A stretch of 64,000 bases of DNA from a virus: positions 87,932-151,931 of IMG/VR virus record IMGVR_UViG_3300030090_007211. One strand, 5' to 3'. Below are positions 19,332-30,013 of the stretch, piece after piece. Position numbers and translations under genes: made by a program. How positions within the stretch are numbered: position 1 is the first letter of the stretch; every line of letters starts with the position of its first letter. The notes beneath the pieces are model-generated. The model had not been told where the DNA came from and searched no databases. It was given only the letters and a program-made list of their open reading frames with translations.

Positions 19332-19667
19332 ATGAGTCGAGACGAATTATTTGAATTATTGGATAATACTGCGGAAGAATGGACAATAGATTACGTACAA
19401 AAGTTAAGAGGCGTAGCTAGAGACATTCTAAATGGTTTATCAGATTCAATCATTACACAAGAAGAGATAGAAGAATATCTCAGAAAACAAGAAGCACTTT
19501 TTGTTGAAAGAATGGAATCATCAATAGATGACATTAAAGCAGAAATTGAAAACTTGATCGAAAATGGTGGAGATCAAAAAGAGGGAATCCTATCTCAACT
19601 ATCGGAAACATTTAACGATATCTACCATAAAATGGTTGCGAATTTACGCAAGCTAGTCAATAAATAA
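19332..19667 (+). CDS. all-helical hypothetical protein
   Basis: ORF track; amphipathic helices. Confidence 0.6.
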   Translation: MSRDELFELLDNTAEEWTIDYVQKLRGVARDILNGLSDSIITQEEIEEYLRKQEALFVERMESSIDDIKAEIENLIENGGDQKEGILSQLSETFNDIYHKMVANLRKLVNK

Positions 19668-19737
19668 TTTCCCATTTTTTTTCGACCACGTACTTGTAAA
19701 TTGATTTTGTAAAAAATATTAATTATTATTATTAATA

Positions 19738-20130
19738 ATGAAAACAGAAAATTTTTATACGTATGTGGTCGAATCTTTATTTAACTCCACACATTTAATT
19801 GAAAAAGGAACTCGACCCTCTGAAATTGTTATTGGGGGTAATTTCCACACGTCACCTACCAACTATAATGAAAATTACTCACTATCCTTTGATTTTATTA
19901 ACGGTGAAGTGCCTGATCTTACTTATTCCTTAGCACTATTACAACGATATCATACCTCTAGCATGAGTTTCATATGTTTCCATTCTCAATTTCCTAAGTA
20001 TGTTATGGATAACTTCGGAGTACTAGAAGACGAAGTAGAATTTATATGGGAAAGATTAAGGAAAAGAATAATTGCTACTATTCTCCAAGATCCGGCAAAG
20101 TGCCCAATGCTGGGATCGCTCTCCGCCTAA
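19738..20130 (+). CDS. stand-alone copy of the YGL-E-W repeat domain
   Basis: NFYTYVVESLFNST...YVMDNFGVLEDEVEFIWERL. Confidence 0.65.
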   Translation: MKTENFYTYVVESLFNSTHLIEKGTRPSEIVIGGNFHTSPTNYNENYSLSFDFINGEVPDLTYSLALLQRYHTSSMSFICFHSQFPKYVMDNFGVLEDEVEFIWERLRKRIIATILQDPAKCPMLGSLSA

Positions 20131-20299
20131 CACCACCATATCCACCAGCAGAACCACCTCTTACTACCACATCATAAATACGTGTTAACATTTCTCTATC
20201 TTCTGCAGTAAACGATACAGGTTTATTGTCTATTTCTTCTGCCCAAGATTGTTCGGCAATTACTTCTTTAATTATATTTCTGATTTCTTTTTTTTGCAT
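20078..20299 (-). CDS. small I-x-E-leader protein
   Basis: MQKKEIRNIIKEVIAEQ; TATTTATA upstream. Confidence 0.55.
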   Translation of the reverse strand: MQKKEIRNIIKEVIAEQSWAEEIDNKPVSFTAEDREMLTRIYDVVVRGGSAGGYGGVRRRAIPALGTLPDLGE

Positions 20300-20332
20300 T
20301 AGAATTCTTTTTTATATAAATATATTCTATTA

Positions 20333-20752
20333 TTAAAAACGAATTAAAAACGTAGCATTAACTCTAGTTTCAGGAAAATTAGGTGGTATAGATAATTCCA
20401 AATCTACCCCAAAGTAATCTTTAGCAAAAGGATACATACATATCCCTATAGGAATTACTTCATAATAATAGTAAAGATTTCCAAATACACCCCAGTAAGT
20501 AATTTGTGCACTACTACGTATCCCACCCCTTTCTGCCAAATACCAAACATACCCTAATTGTGATGTACTACTCCATGCAGTAATACTTGGCATCACACTA
20601 GTTATGGACACTTTACTATGAGCATATACATGCCATTCGTGAGGTGTCTGAATTCCAATGGAAGATTCAGTAGGATCAAAACGTAATATCTGAGCATTAC
20701 ATACTAAGGCACTAAATATCAGTACACATAGAAATAAATTTTTAAAAAACAT
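20333..20752 (-). CDS. putative outer-membrane beta-barrel protein
   Basis: signal peptide, alternating aromatic beta-strands, C-terminal Phe. Confidence 0.5.
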   Translation of the reverse strand: MFFKNLFLCVLIFSALVCNAQILRFDPTESSIGIQTPHEWHVYAHSKVSITSVMPSITAWSSTSQLGYVWYLAERGGIRSSAQITYWGVFGNLYYYYEVIPIGICMYPFAKDYFGVDLELSIPPNFPETRVNATFLIRF

Positions 20753-21234
20753 AATGATTGTATTCTATTATATAAATATGTGGAAATAATCAATTCATCT
20801 TACAACGCTCCGAATACTCTTCCTCATATAGTAGTATCGCATCTAACAATTCATACTTTTCGAAATCATACTCATTCGCATATTCCCCAATCACATCAAT
20901 GTGAACATCCAACATTCCACATTCCATTCGTTTAATTTTTCCCGTTTCTATCAATTCTTTCGCAATTTCGTTTGGTTGTTTCATAACTTTTCAATGTTTC
21001 GATATGCCTTAAAAGACATTTTATTTTTGTGTAACCATCTTTCAGCGTTTTTCCAATCACGTCTGTAACAATATTTCATTACTTCTTTGTTTTCCTCTTT
21101 CATCAGTAATAACAAACGTCTCTGTCTAAACACCTTTTTAAAACATTTCAACATAGTCATCTTTTATAAATATATAAAAATTATTTAAGAAAATCTACCA
21201 CTTCCTTTATATTTATAATAAAAGGTTATTTAAA

Positions 21235-22512
21235 ATGAGACAATCTAAAAAACATAATATTATGGATTCGGTTAATGAATCAATGAAAATGATTATTTCT
21301 GAGGGTATTGTAAATGAAATTTTTAAGAAGGAAAAAATTAAATACCCCGATAATTTCATAAATAAAATAATAGAGTATATTAAACGTAACTACCCAGAGG
21401 TAGTGAAGATAGAAAAAGATAAAGACTCTTGGTTTTCAAGATCATCGAAAGAATTTCTTCACATCTATGTAGATGAAGATGATGGACAACCTACTAATCT
21501 AGTGCAACATCCTTTAGAATGGACAATACACTGGGATTTAACAGATAATCTATTATCAGGATTACCACACCCCATAGATATAAAGGTGACTAATCTTAAT
21601 AAGGATACTAAATTAAGAGGGCATACAGGTGAAGGTATAAATGAAGTTTTTAGTCCTCTCGATGATCGTATACCCAACGAAGATATTAAAAAATTTATAG
21701 ATAGGGTAGTTAAAAGGATGGTGGATAGAACTGAAATTAATTTATATATGGAGGATTATGATCCTTGGAAAACGGGTAGTCCTTGGTTTGGTGATTTTAT
21801 CACCCCACAATTCCCTAACGATAAAAAATATAAATTTAATATATCTTGGTTACTACAAGAACATTTTGAAAAAAATTTTACTTTTGTTAAATACTTTGCC
21901 AGTGAATTAATTGAGGCTTATGGTTTCTCTACTAGAGGGGAATTAGAGTATTTCGATTATGAATACCTTAAAAAATTAAAAGAAAAAGTAAAGTTGTTAC
22001 AAATCCCTTTTATAAAAGAGAGACAAAAACAAAAGGAAGAATATCATAAAAGATATAATTTAAGTGAATCAAGAAAAGATATAAAAAAGGAGAGAGATGA
22101 TATTGAAAGGGCAGTGCAAGATCTGAATAGATTACATAATTTTGATGTATCATATGAGGAAATGACCCGCGGAATTGAAAACTCCTCTCCCCAGCCCCTC
22201 TCCTCTGATATATGGGATGAATTAGAGAATACTGAATCTAATGAAATATCTGTAGGAGACTTCGATAAAGTATTCGACATCTCTAACAAATATAATAAAA
22301 GTAACCCACTTAAACTTAAAAAGAAACTAAGTGATGGTACCTACAATTATCCTATCATAGTAAGATTCGATGATAGATACTGGTTAGTCGCAGGTAACAC
22401 AAGATTATGTACTGCAGCAGCAATGGGAATAACTCCTGAAGTAATAATTGCAGATATTAATAAACCATACCCTGTAGATGAATCATTAAAACATAAAAAT
22501 AAAAGATTATGA
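21235..22512 (+). CDS. multidomain protein with repeat domain and C-terminal ParB/Srx-like domain
   Basis: YPIIVRFDDRYWLVAGNTRLCTA; internal KFIDRVVKRMVDRT...EAYGF. Confidence 0.6.
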   Translation: MRQSKKHNIMDSVNESMKMIISEGIVNEIFKKEKIKYPDNFINKIIEYIKRNYPEVVKIEKDKDSWFSRSSKEFLHIYVDEDDGQPTNLVQHPLEWTIHWDLTDNLLSGLPHPIDIKVTNLNKDTKLRGHTGEGINEVFSPLDDRIPNEDIKKFIDRVVKRMVDRTEINLYMEDYDPWKTGSPWFGDFITPQFPNDKKYKFNISWLLQEHFEKNFTFVKYFASELIEAYGFSTRGELEYFDYEYLKKLKEKVKLLQIPFIKERQKQKEEYHKRYNLSESRKDIKKERDDIERAVQDLNRLHNFDVSYEEMTRGIENSSPQPLSSDIWDELENTESNEISVGDFDKVFDISNKYNKSNPLKLKKKLSDGTYNYPIIVRFDDRYWLVAGNTRLCTAAAMGITPEVIIADINKPYPVDESLKHKNKRL

Positions 22513-23048
22513 AAGTACTAGCTTTACCATTCATATTACTATTCTTAAATTTTAATTTAATATCACAACATTTAATGTCACCCCCTAATGCCTCGAGAAA
22601 AGAAGTGAAACTTATTAAAAGTATTTTAAAAGATTACGTAAATGATGAAGAAGCTTTACTAATATATAATCCTTATGCCCCACTATACTTTGGGATATAT
22701 GGTATAACCTACCAATATACTCCTAATATGTGTTTGATTAGTATCTCTGCCTCCATTGCAGATAGAGATAAACGATACTACGTTATATTACATGAACTGG
22801 GACATGTATTAGATATTTTCTATGGTGATCTAAGTGAATACCCTCCAATGTGGAAAGGTAAAAGAATGGATCACACATTAGATTGGAATGAAAGACCTTG
22901 GGAAATACATGCAGATGAATGGGCAAATAGATTATGGAAAAAATATTTACCAGGAGATCCACCACCAAATGATTTATTTGATAATGTTAGTTTCCCTCAT
23001 GATTGTATTTTCCAAAGATGGGGTTCCATCAAATTTAAAAGTGAGTAA
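22509..23048 (+). CDS. secreted zinc metallopeptidase-like protein
   Basis: signal peptide, HELGH, downstream PWEIHAD. Confidence 0.7.
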   Translation: MKVLALPFILLFLNFNLISQHLMSPPNASRKEVKLIKSILKDYVNDEEALLIYNPYAPLYFGIYGITYQYTPNMCLISISASIADRDKRYYVILHELGHVLDIFYGDLSEYPPMWKGKRMDHTLDWNERPWEIHADEWANRLWKKYLPGDPPPNDLFDNVSFPHDCIFQRWGSIKFKSE

Positions 23049-23405
23049 TTAAGTATTAATATCCCCTCTATGTGCCACCCTATAATTATTGGGATTTAAA
23101 TAGATAAGTTGTTTATGAACTTTCCTAATATAAAGAAAAACTTTATCTGCTTCTTTATCATACACTAAAGTTTTATCTTTAAAAATATCATCTATCTTAT
23201 AATATGCTGGTTTTGCAGGAAATGGGGACATCATAAATCATTTTGTTTATCTTTAATCCCTTGTATGAATCCCTTAGTAAAATTAAAAAGAAACCCAATA
23301 ATCAACGGCAATAATACTACACCAAAAGATAAATGGGGATATAAAGTAAGTTTAAAAATTAATAAAACTAATACGATACTTAAATCTATTCGTATATCCA
23401 TATTA

Positions 23406-23437
23406 CAAAGATACACAAAATAAATGACTAAAACAAA
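23406..23437 (-). promoter_or_regulatory. Bacteroidota primary-sigma promoter
   Basis: TTTG-N20-TATCTTTG; ATG at 23401, so near-leaderless. Confidence 0.8.
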
Positions 23438-23890
23438 CTAAAGAGATTTAATATCAATAAGGGTGGTACCTTTTCCTTTATTTTGAAGAGTAATTTCTTG
23501 TTCGTGGGGATAATAAATATTATTATGTAAAGTATTAAAAATATCAATTTGATCCTTATTAACACCCACAGTTATCAACACTACTTTATCTCCCGCATCA
23601 CTATATATTGATCCTTTATTATAGTGATTATATAATAGTTCTTTTTTATTGGGGGAATAATGATCACCTAGGGATTCTGTGTCTATTTCCTCTCCCTCAT
23701 GTAAATATAATAAACGATAGAGGGTAATAGTCTCAGGTAGAGTATTTAACCACTCTAAGAGTCTATTTAAGTCTTCCATACCCCACTCATTATCTAACCC
23801 CATTTCTTCATAGGCATTAGACAATTGAGTTAGTTCGTCACCAGTTAAAGTAACTTCTTCGTTTAATAATTTTATAAATGATATCATCAC
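23438..23890 (-). CDS. putative ADP-ribosyltransferase-fold protein with L-x-E leader
   Basis: ITLYR, HYS, EQEITL in R-S-ExE order. Confidence 0.5.
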   Translation of the reverse strand: MMISFIKLLNEEVTLTGDELTQLSNAYEEMGLDNEWGMEDLNRLLEWLNTLPETITLYRLLYLHEGEEIDTESLGDHYSPNKKELLYNHYNKGSIYSDAGDKVVLITVGVNKDQIDIFNTLHNNIYYPHEQEITLQNKGKGTTLIDIKSL

Positions 23891-24197
23891 TTATAAATAT
23901 ATAAAAAATATGTTTAATCCCAATTAGGTATAGAGTAATACCTTTGTACCATTATTTTTTTTATCTGTGATAAATGTCTTGCATTGTTGAGTTTTAATCC
24001 GTATTCGAAACATATTTGTTTCATGTGTGGTAACAATTCACTAATTGTATGTTCACCTAAAGTTTTAATTGCCATTCTTTTTTCCTTTTTCTATTAATAA
24101 ATGTATTATTTCTTTATAATCCAAATAAATTTGGTAATCGCTGGAGGAATCTAAAGGTTTACCGTCTTGTATACGTTGCACTATCAATTTTATTACT

Positions 24198-24812
24198 TCA
24201 AACGGTACTTCCTCCTTCATTGTGTGTTAAAAAATTTTCTCTCTTCTCTAAATAACTATCAAAAGATTTACCAGTGGTATCAGAATCCCACATTATTTCT
24301 TCCCCATCATAAATGATGTCGGTTATCAAAGACTCTTCATAATTTTTAAATAAAATATCTTTTATTTTTATATGTAATTTCTTTAAATCCAATTCTTCAT
24401 CGTCTTCTAAATTCCAACCCCCATACATTATCCATCCTTTTTCATAAGATATAGAAGTGATTATATTACTGTTAGGATCAAAAGAATCAAATTCCTCACT
24501 CTCTACACTTCCTAAATGTGGCTCGTCTTCTAAATCCCATACATTGTCTAACATAATTTCTCTCTCACCATCCACTATTTTTACGTGACAATTAAATGCA
24601 GATGCACCATAGACATGAGTAATGTCATCACATTCATACCAATCAAATTTATCAGGTAAAATAGAATTAAGATCATAAGACATAATAACCCCTATAGGTT
24701 CGTCTCGGTTCTCCATTTCCTTTTCTAAAATGTCTATTTCTTCATCAGTAAATGTGCCCTGCACTAATTCTTGACCATACCCAACCACTTGTATACTAAT
24801 ATATCTACTCAT
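24198..24812 (-). CDS. hypothetical acidic protein
   Basis: ORF track; TTTG-N20-TATTTTTA promoter at 24823-24854. Confidence 0.6.
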   Translation of the reverse strand: MSRYISIQVVGYGQELVQGTFTDEEIDILEKEMENRDEPIGVIMSYDLNSILPDKFDWYECDDITHVYGASAFNCHVKIVDGEREIMLDNVWDLEDEPHLGSVESEEFDSFDPNSNIITSISYEKGWIMYGGWNLEDDEELDLKKLHIKIKDILFKNYEESLITDIIYDGEEIMWDSDTTGKSFDSYLEKRENFLTHNEGGSTV

Positions 24813-24859
24813 AACTTTTTAGTAAAAATAAGGATTTATAATGATATAATCAAATAAAA

Positions 24860-26137
24860 TTATTTTTCTTTACCTTCTTCTTTTTCTAATTCCGTACCAA
24901 AAGGATTACCCTTAGCAATGGTAATCTTTTGTGAAAATATCTCATCATTTACACCCAAAACGTGTAGAAGATATAATCCATTAGATAATTTAGATAAATT
25001 TATTTTAGTTTCTTTAACCATACCAACAGTAGATGTATGAACAATACTACCTTTCAAATCATAGACTTTAATAGTTTTTGGGGTTATGTCCTCTCCCCAT
25101 TGTATATTAACTTCACCACTAGTAATAGTAGGGAATATTTTATAACCTTCTTTTATTAATTCTGGTGTATCTACTGGTGGATTGGGTGTAAAAGAATCTA
25201 TCATAGTTTGTCTGTAAGTATATAGAGAAGCTAACCCTCTTTCTACTTGTCCTTCAGTAAACATAACCATACATGAATCACCACAATAATCCATATATAT
25301 TTTAACTATTTCTCTTTCCGAAGGAGTACAATTACTGAAACTGGTATCGGGACATCCAGCATTAGGAAAAGTTGGGCCATCCTGTATACCTGTATCATCA
25401 ACACCGTCATCTCCACACCATGAAGCTCCTCCACCCCACCAAGGATGGTATAAATTTAACCAATGACCAATTTCATGAACTAAGACTCTCCCCATTGCGT
25501 AATTTGGACCATATGTCCATGGATACATTTTATTTCCGGTTACTGCATAATCAATTACATTACCATCTGTTAAAATTGGTCCACCAGGGAATTGAGAATA
25601 TCCTAAAAGTCCACCACCTAACTCAGCAACCCAAATATTTAAATAGAGTTTAGGATCCCAAGCATTTTTACCACCTAAAGAATCAAACTTAACTGCATTG
25701 TTACTATAACTAAAACTTAAGTTAGATGTATAGGTGCGAGTAATACCATTAGTAGGGTTACCACTTGGGTCAGTATGGGCTAATTCAAAACGTATTCCAA
25801 AATTACCCGGTAAATTTTTTAAGGTGTCTGTTAAAATAGTGGTATCACCATTTTCTAAATTAAAACATTCATTCAATACTTCTAATTGAGCATGTAATAT
25901 ACTATCATGTAAATTGTGTACAGTATCATGCCATACTACATGATAAACTACAGGTAAAACTATACTACCACTTTTTTTATGTCTATACTTTAAAAAATCT
26001 TGTAAATCCTTTTCAATTTGTTGATATTTTTTAGGGTTTGCATCGATAAATTTTTGGTTGTATTCATCTGCTCCACATACATGTTGCCCATTTATTAATA
26101 ATGGGATAAATAATAAAATAAATAATAGAGATCTCAT
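24860..26137 (-). CDS. M43 (pappalysin/ulilysin-like) zinc metalloprotease with T9SS C-terminal sorting domain
   Basis: signal peptide, CG Cys-switch, PVVYHVV, HEIGHWLNLYH, Met-turn YMDY, CTD KIFPT...VYDLKG...LSNGLYLL. Confidence 0.9.
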   Translation of the reverse strand: MRSLLFILLFIPLLINGQHVCGADEYNQKFIDANPKKYQQIEKDLQDFLKYRHKKSGSIVLPVVYHVVWHDTVHNLHDSILHAQLEVLNECFNLENGDTTILTDTLKNLPGNFGIRFELAHTDPSGNPTNGITRTYTSNLSFSYSNNAVKFDSLGGKNAWDPKLYLNIWVAELGGGLLGYSQFPGGPILTDGNVIDYAVTGNKMYPWTYGPNYAMGRVLVHEIGHWLNLYHPWWGGGASWCGDDGVDDTGIQDGPTFPNAGCPDTSFSNCTPSEREIVKIYMDYCGDSCMVMFTEGQVERGLASLYTYRQTMIDSFTPNPPVDTPELIKEGYKIFPTITSGEVNIQWGEDITPKTIKVYDLKGSIVHTSTVGMVKETKINLSKLSNGLYLLHVLGVNDEIFSQKITIAKGNPFGTELEKEEGKEK

Positions 26138-26184
26138 AATAGTTGTTTATTATATAAATATAACAACAACCTAGTTAATCCTAT

Positions 26185-26631
26185 TTATTTCTTCCCATTA
26201 TGTAAAACTAATGCAATATCAGGATTAGGCATTAACATAAGAAATGAATTTGCACTATCCGTAAATAATAAAAATTTATCCGAATAATGTAGGGACTTGA
26301 AATTTAATTTATAAACTACGTCTATACTGTCCCTATCTGCTTGTTCCACAGACCCATATTGTTCAAAAGTGCGAATAGTAGACATATCAAAAACTGCTGA
26401 GGGAGAGATCATTTGTAAAATTTTAGGATCTTCGCTATTAATAACTAAAAATTGTTTTTTACAAACTCTTTGAGTAATTATCTCACTATGGGTTTCACTT
26501 TCCCATTTATGTATAGTTTCACCTTCAGCATTAATCAATTCTGCATAACTCCACGCTTGTTTTAAGGATTGGGAAAAAATTAAATTACTTGTTAATAAAC
26601 ATAAGAAGACTATTATATTTTTCATATTCAT
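26185..26631 (-). CDS. hypothetical secreted protein
   Basis: signal peptide MKNIIVFLCLLTSNLIFSQ; start trimmed because the longer ORF runs into the promoter. Confidence 0.55.
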   Translation of the reverse strand: MNMKNIIVFLCLLTSNLIFSQSLKQAWSYAELINAEGETIHKWESETHSEIITQRVCKKQFLVINSEDPKILQMISPSAVFDMSTIRTFEQYGSVEQADRDSIDVVYKLNFKSLHYSDKFLLFTDSANSFLMLMPNPDIALVLHNGKK

Positions 26632-26642
26632 ACCTTTTTTAA

Positions 26643-26674
26643 CAAAGATACACAAAATATATTATAATACCAAA
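26643..26674 (-). promoter_or_regulatory. Bacteroidota primary-sigma promoter
   Basis: TTTG-N20-TATCTTTG. Confidence 0.8.
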
Positions 26675-27240
26675 TTAGTCTTTATCATTTTTATTGCAAT
26701 TGCAATAAGTATGATACCAAAAATCTTTCTTAGCATCATCATACCAGATTTACCTAATAGGTTGGATAGTTTGTCTGTACTCTTTAATGTTATATAAACT
26801 ACTAATAAATTTAATACTATACCTATTAAAATACTCCATGTAGAATAAAGAGATTTAAAAGATAATATAGTAGTTAAACTACCAGGACCAGCAATTAAAG
26901 GAAACGCGAGTGGGACAATAGAAGATCCTTTAGTATCTGGTTCAGTTTTAAAAAAAGTTAAACCTAACACCAACTCCAAACCCATAAAAAATAATATCAG
27001 ACCCCCTGCTACTGAAAATGATGCTACATCTATCCCTAAAAAAGATAATGCATGTTCCCCACTTAATAAAAATATAATCATAATACATAAAGACACGAGG
27101 GTTGCTTTAAGACTCTCTATCTTACCAAACCTTTGTCTTAAGTCCATTATAATGGGAATTGACCCAAATATGTCGATGATCGCAAATAGCGTCATACTAA
27201 TCGTTAATACTTCATTCCACATAATACCACTAATATCCAT
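26662..27240 (-). CDS. MarC family membrane protein
   Basis: LFAIIDIFG, FSVAGG, IVPLAFPLIAGPG, RKIFGIIL. Confidence 0.93.
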   Translation of the reverse strand: MDISGIMWNEVLTISMTLFAIIDIFGSIPIIMDLRQRFGKIESLKATLVSLCIMIIFLLSGEHALSFLGIDVASFSVAGGLILFFMGLELVLGLTFFKTEPDTKGSSIVPLAFPLIAGPGSLTTILSFKSLYSTWSILIGIVLNLLVVYITLKSTDKLSNLLGKSGMMMLRKIFGIILIAIAIKMIKTNLVL

Positions 27241-27427
27241 ATAAGAATTTTATTACTCTCTTTAAATATGCATCTCTAGCGGAAAAGTATCTAATTTATT
27301 AAGATTTTTTTTAGGTAAAATTATTGTATTTTTAAAAGTCTGAACGTCACCGATAATATAATTAATATAGGTTTCGTAACCAATTTTGTATCTTAATACA
27401 ATTTTATCATTAGAAGTTATATAAAAA

Positions 27428-28051
27428 CTATGAAACTCCTTCAGGAATACCGACATTATTTTCAATTAAGTCAATAATATAATCTTTATCATTGGGGTTA
27501 TTAACAAAATCTAAATTATCTACATCAATAACTAATAGTTTACTCCAACTATATTCCCCAAAAAATACCTCATAATTACTATTAAGGTCATACCAGTAAT
27601 TAATACTTTGTTCTAGTTCATATTTTCTACCTCTACGTTTAATACGCTCAATAACATTTTCTGTTTTGATTCTAAGATAAACCATTAGTGTGGGAGGATT
27701 TACATGCTCCATCATATTATTAAAAAGATCGACATAGATATCATATTCCTTATCATTTAATTCTCCTTGATCCCTTAACATCTTAGCAAATATTCTATCT
27801 TCTACAATACTTCTATCCATAATAGAGGCAGGATGATGCATAGAATCTTTATACATTTCAAACCTTTTATTGAGAAAAAATATCTGTAAAGGGAAAGCGT
27901 ATTTTTCCTTATCATAATAAAATTTTTCTAATAATTCATTATCAAATACTGGTTCATGATATACTTTATAACCTAATTCATTAAATATGTTGCATAGGGA
28001 ACTTTTTCCCACTCCAACAACTCCCGCGATATTAATTACTTTATCTCTCAT
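27428..28051 (-). CDS. deoxynucleoside kinase
   Basis: GVVGVGKSS P-loop, EP, LQIFFL..RF, DRS, RI..RGR.YE. Confidence 0.93.
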   Translation of the reverse strand: MRDKVINIAGVVGVGKSSLCNIFNELGYKVYHEPVFDNELLEKFYYDKEKYAFPLQIFFLNKRFEMYKDSMHHPASIMDRSIVEDRIFAKMLRDQGELNDKEYDIYVDLFNNMMEHVNPPTLMVYLRIKTENVIERIKRRGRKYELEQSINYWYDLNSNYEVFFGEYSWSKLLVIDVDNLDFVNNPNDKDYIIDLIENNVGIPEGVS

Positions 28052-28106
28052 AGTTTCTTTTTAATAAACCTACACATAAGTTCTCATATTGTCAATTATT
28101 AAGCAT

Positions 28107-28133
28107 AAAAAAACCTCAAATAAATGAGGTTTT
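28107..28133 (-). terminator. intrinsic terminator
   Basis: AAAACCTCA/TGAGGTTTT hairpin followed by a U-run on the minus strand. Confidence 0.7.
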
Positions 28134-28178
28134 ATAAGGCTGGAGCTATCCTCCGAGCATTTAAATCTTTCGATCACC

Positions 28179-28343
28179 TTATTTTTTCTTCGCTTGGTAT
28201 GACCAAACTACACCTACTAGCGTCATTACCGCACCTACTACTTCAGGTACTACATCCGCATCCAGATATCCTTTGGTTACTAATGCACCACCTAATACAG
28301 TTAAGGTATGTCTAATTAGTCCATAAATTTGTTCTTTTTCCAT
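28179..28343 (-). CDS. 54-aa two-TM holin-like protein (not in ORF track)
   Basis: manual translation MEKEQIYGLIRHTLTVLGGALVTKGYLDADVVPEVVGAVMTLVGVVWSYQAKKK. Confidence 0.65.
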   Translation of the reverse strand: MEKEQIYGLIRHTLTVLGGALVTKGYLDADVVPEVVGAVMTLVGVVWSYQAKKK

Positions 28344-28367
28344 AATTATGATTTTTAATTATTTTTA

Positions 28368-28535
28368 TTAGTTTAGAGTAACAGGTAAATTATAAAATAT
28401 TAATTCTTTGGGACCTGTTAACCCAAAAGGTCTTCTATATAATGTTTTACCCTTATCTGGACTCTCATATATCCATTTAATATTTGCAATCCAAGTGTGG
28501 GGAGTAAACTTCACTTTCTGTTTCTTGTTTTTCAT
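28368..28535 (-). CDS. 55-aa phage-type hypothetical protein (not in ORF track)
   Basis: WIYESPDKGKTLYRRPFG motif. Confidence 0.55.
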   Translation of the reverse strand: MKNKKQKVKFTPHTWIANIKWIYESPDKGKTLYRRPFGLTGPKELIFYNLPVTLN

Positions 28536-28604
28536 TAGAAGTAGTTAATTCAATAATAGATGCTATTACACCTATAATAATTAATATCCAGAGTATTTTA
28601 AATT

Positions 28605-28844
28605 TCACGAGTCATTAAGTTTAGATAATTCAATACATCTTTCAAAATCTTGTTGATCTTTAAAATAAGTTAATAAACTTTCAATGTCATTATTAGTAGG
28701 TGGTAATTCTATATTATGGGCAAATACTAACCCTTCACCACCTTTATTAACCATTAATTCTTCTAAAGTAGCATTTCCTACAATGACATCATAAGAATTA
28801 CACATCGCTTCATCTAAACTTTTTAATGCTTGTAACTCATCCAT
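28605..28844 (-). CDS. small protein with UVR-like C-terminus
   Basis: YFKDQQDFERCIELSKL. Confidence 0.5.
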   Translation of the reverse strand: MDELQALKSLDEAMCNSYDVIVGNATLEELMVNKGGEGLVFAHNIELPPTNNDIESLLTYFKDQQDFERCIELSKLNDS

Positions 28845-29258
28845 AACCTAACTTTTAAACAAATATAAGATTATAAAATTATATTATCAATAGTTAATAA
28901 AAGTTATTTAAATATTGGAGAAAATAATAATACCATTTTATCTTTAATAATAAGGTGTCCACCTCCTCTTACTTCACACCATTGACCTTCTATATTGATA
29001 GAAAATTTTTTATCTTTAAAAATTAAAGGATAACCTTTAGTAATGGGAATAGATGTCTTCCTAAGAAATATACCTTTAGTTGTAGGGTAACTAGGCATCT
29101 TATATAATTTACCATGTTCACTTACCCATCCATTTGCAAATCCGTTAATATCTAACTGTTGAAATATTACTTGGTGTAGATGTATTTCTTTAGTATAAAC
29201 GAACGCAGGGGTTTGGTAATTATCCCTTACCAATATTAATCCGTTTTTATATGAAATA

Positions 29259-30008
29259 CTATACATCTTTGGAACTCTTTTTCCCTAGAGTCCTTCTGTA
29301 TTGAGTATTTAAATCACTTATACCAAATTTACATGTTATCAATCCTAAAATAATAAGTAATATCATAAATGGTATAGTAGTTTTTCCATATAAAGAAAGG
29401 TTAAAGTTCCATAAACCATGAATACTCGCCCCACATATTAAACCTATGAGTGTATAAATTAATTTACGTATTTTAGGGTATTTCTCCATAAAAACTCCAA
29501 ATACCGTTCTACTTCTGTTACCTAAAGAAGTTGCAATGTCTGATAAAGCATACCAGTAACCAACAAACATAGAAAATATCATATGCCCTAGTGTAGAAGT
29601 GAATGATCTTATTATTAATACATCTTCCCCATATCGATAAGTATAACTTAAGTTTTCATATAACGCAAACCCTAATCCTACCATACCTAATGATAACATA
29701 GTAGAAACAGGATGTTTACTCGTACTTTTTATACTTAAACTAACTAGTAAGAAAGCTAAAAACTTTGATAACTCTTCTCGTGGCCCAACAATAAAGAAAT
29801 GTTGTTTAAATGCGTCATACGCATTCATTTCAAAAAATGCTGCAAACATAAATACAAAAATAATTGAGAGTAGTCCACCAGCCACGTAAAATAGAGACTT
29901 CTTCAGATCGAAAGTCCCGTAAGGTGTTGTAAGGTATAAAATAAAAGCATAGATTAATGGAGGTAAGAGTGTCCATAATAATAATCCTATGTGAAATTCA
30001 ATAAACAT
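29259..30008 (-). CDS. PrsW family intramembrane metalloprotease
   Basis: EELSK, GLGFALYEN, GH, HGLWN in a multi-TM protein. Confidence 0.88.
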   Translation of the reverse strand: MFIEFHIGLLLWTLLPPLIYAFILYLTTPYGTFDLKKSLFYVAGGLLSIIFVFMFAAFFEMNAYDAFKQHFFIVGPREELSKFLAFLLVSLSIKSTSKHPVSTMLSLGMVGLGFALYENLSYTYRYGEDVLIIRSFTSTLGHMIFSMFVGYWYALSDIATSLGNRSRTVFGVFMEKYPKIRKLIYTLIGLICGASIHGLWNFNLSLYGKTTIPFMILLIILGLITCKFGISDLNTQYRRTLGKKSSKDV

Positions 30009-30013
30009 ACGAT

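Noticed and set aside
23934-26216. Extra TTACA-like boxes at 23934-23949 and 26201-26216
   Set aside because: Spacing to the core is 34 and 40 nt rather than 30-31, and both are degenerate; not counted
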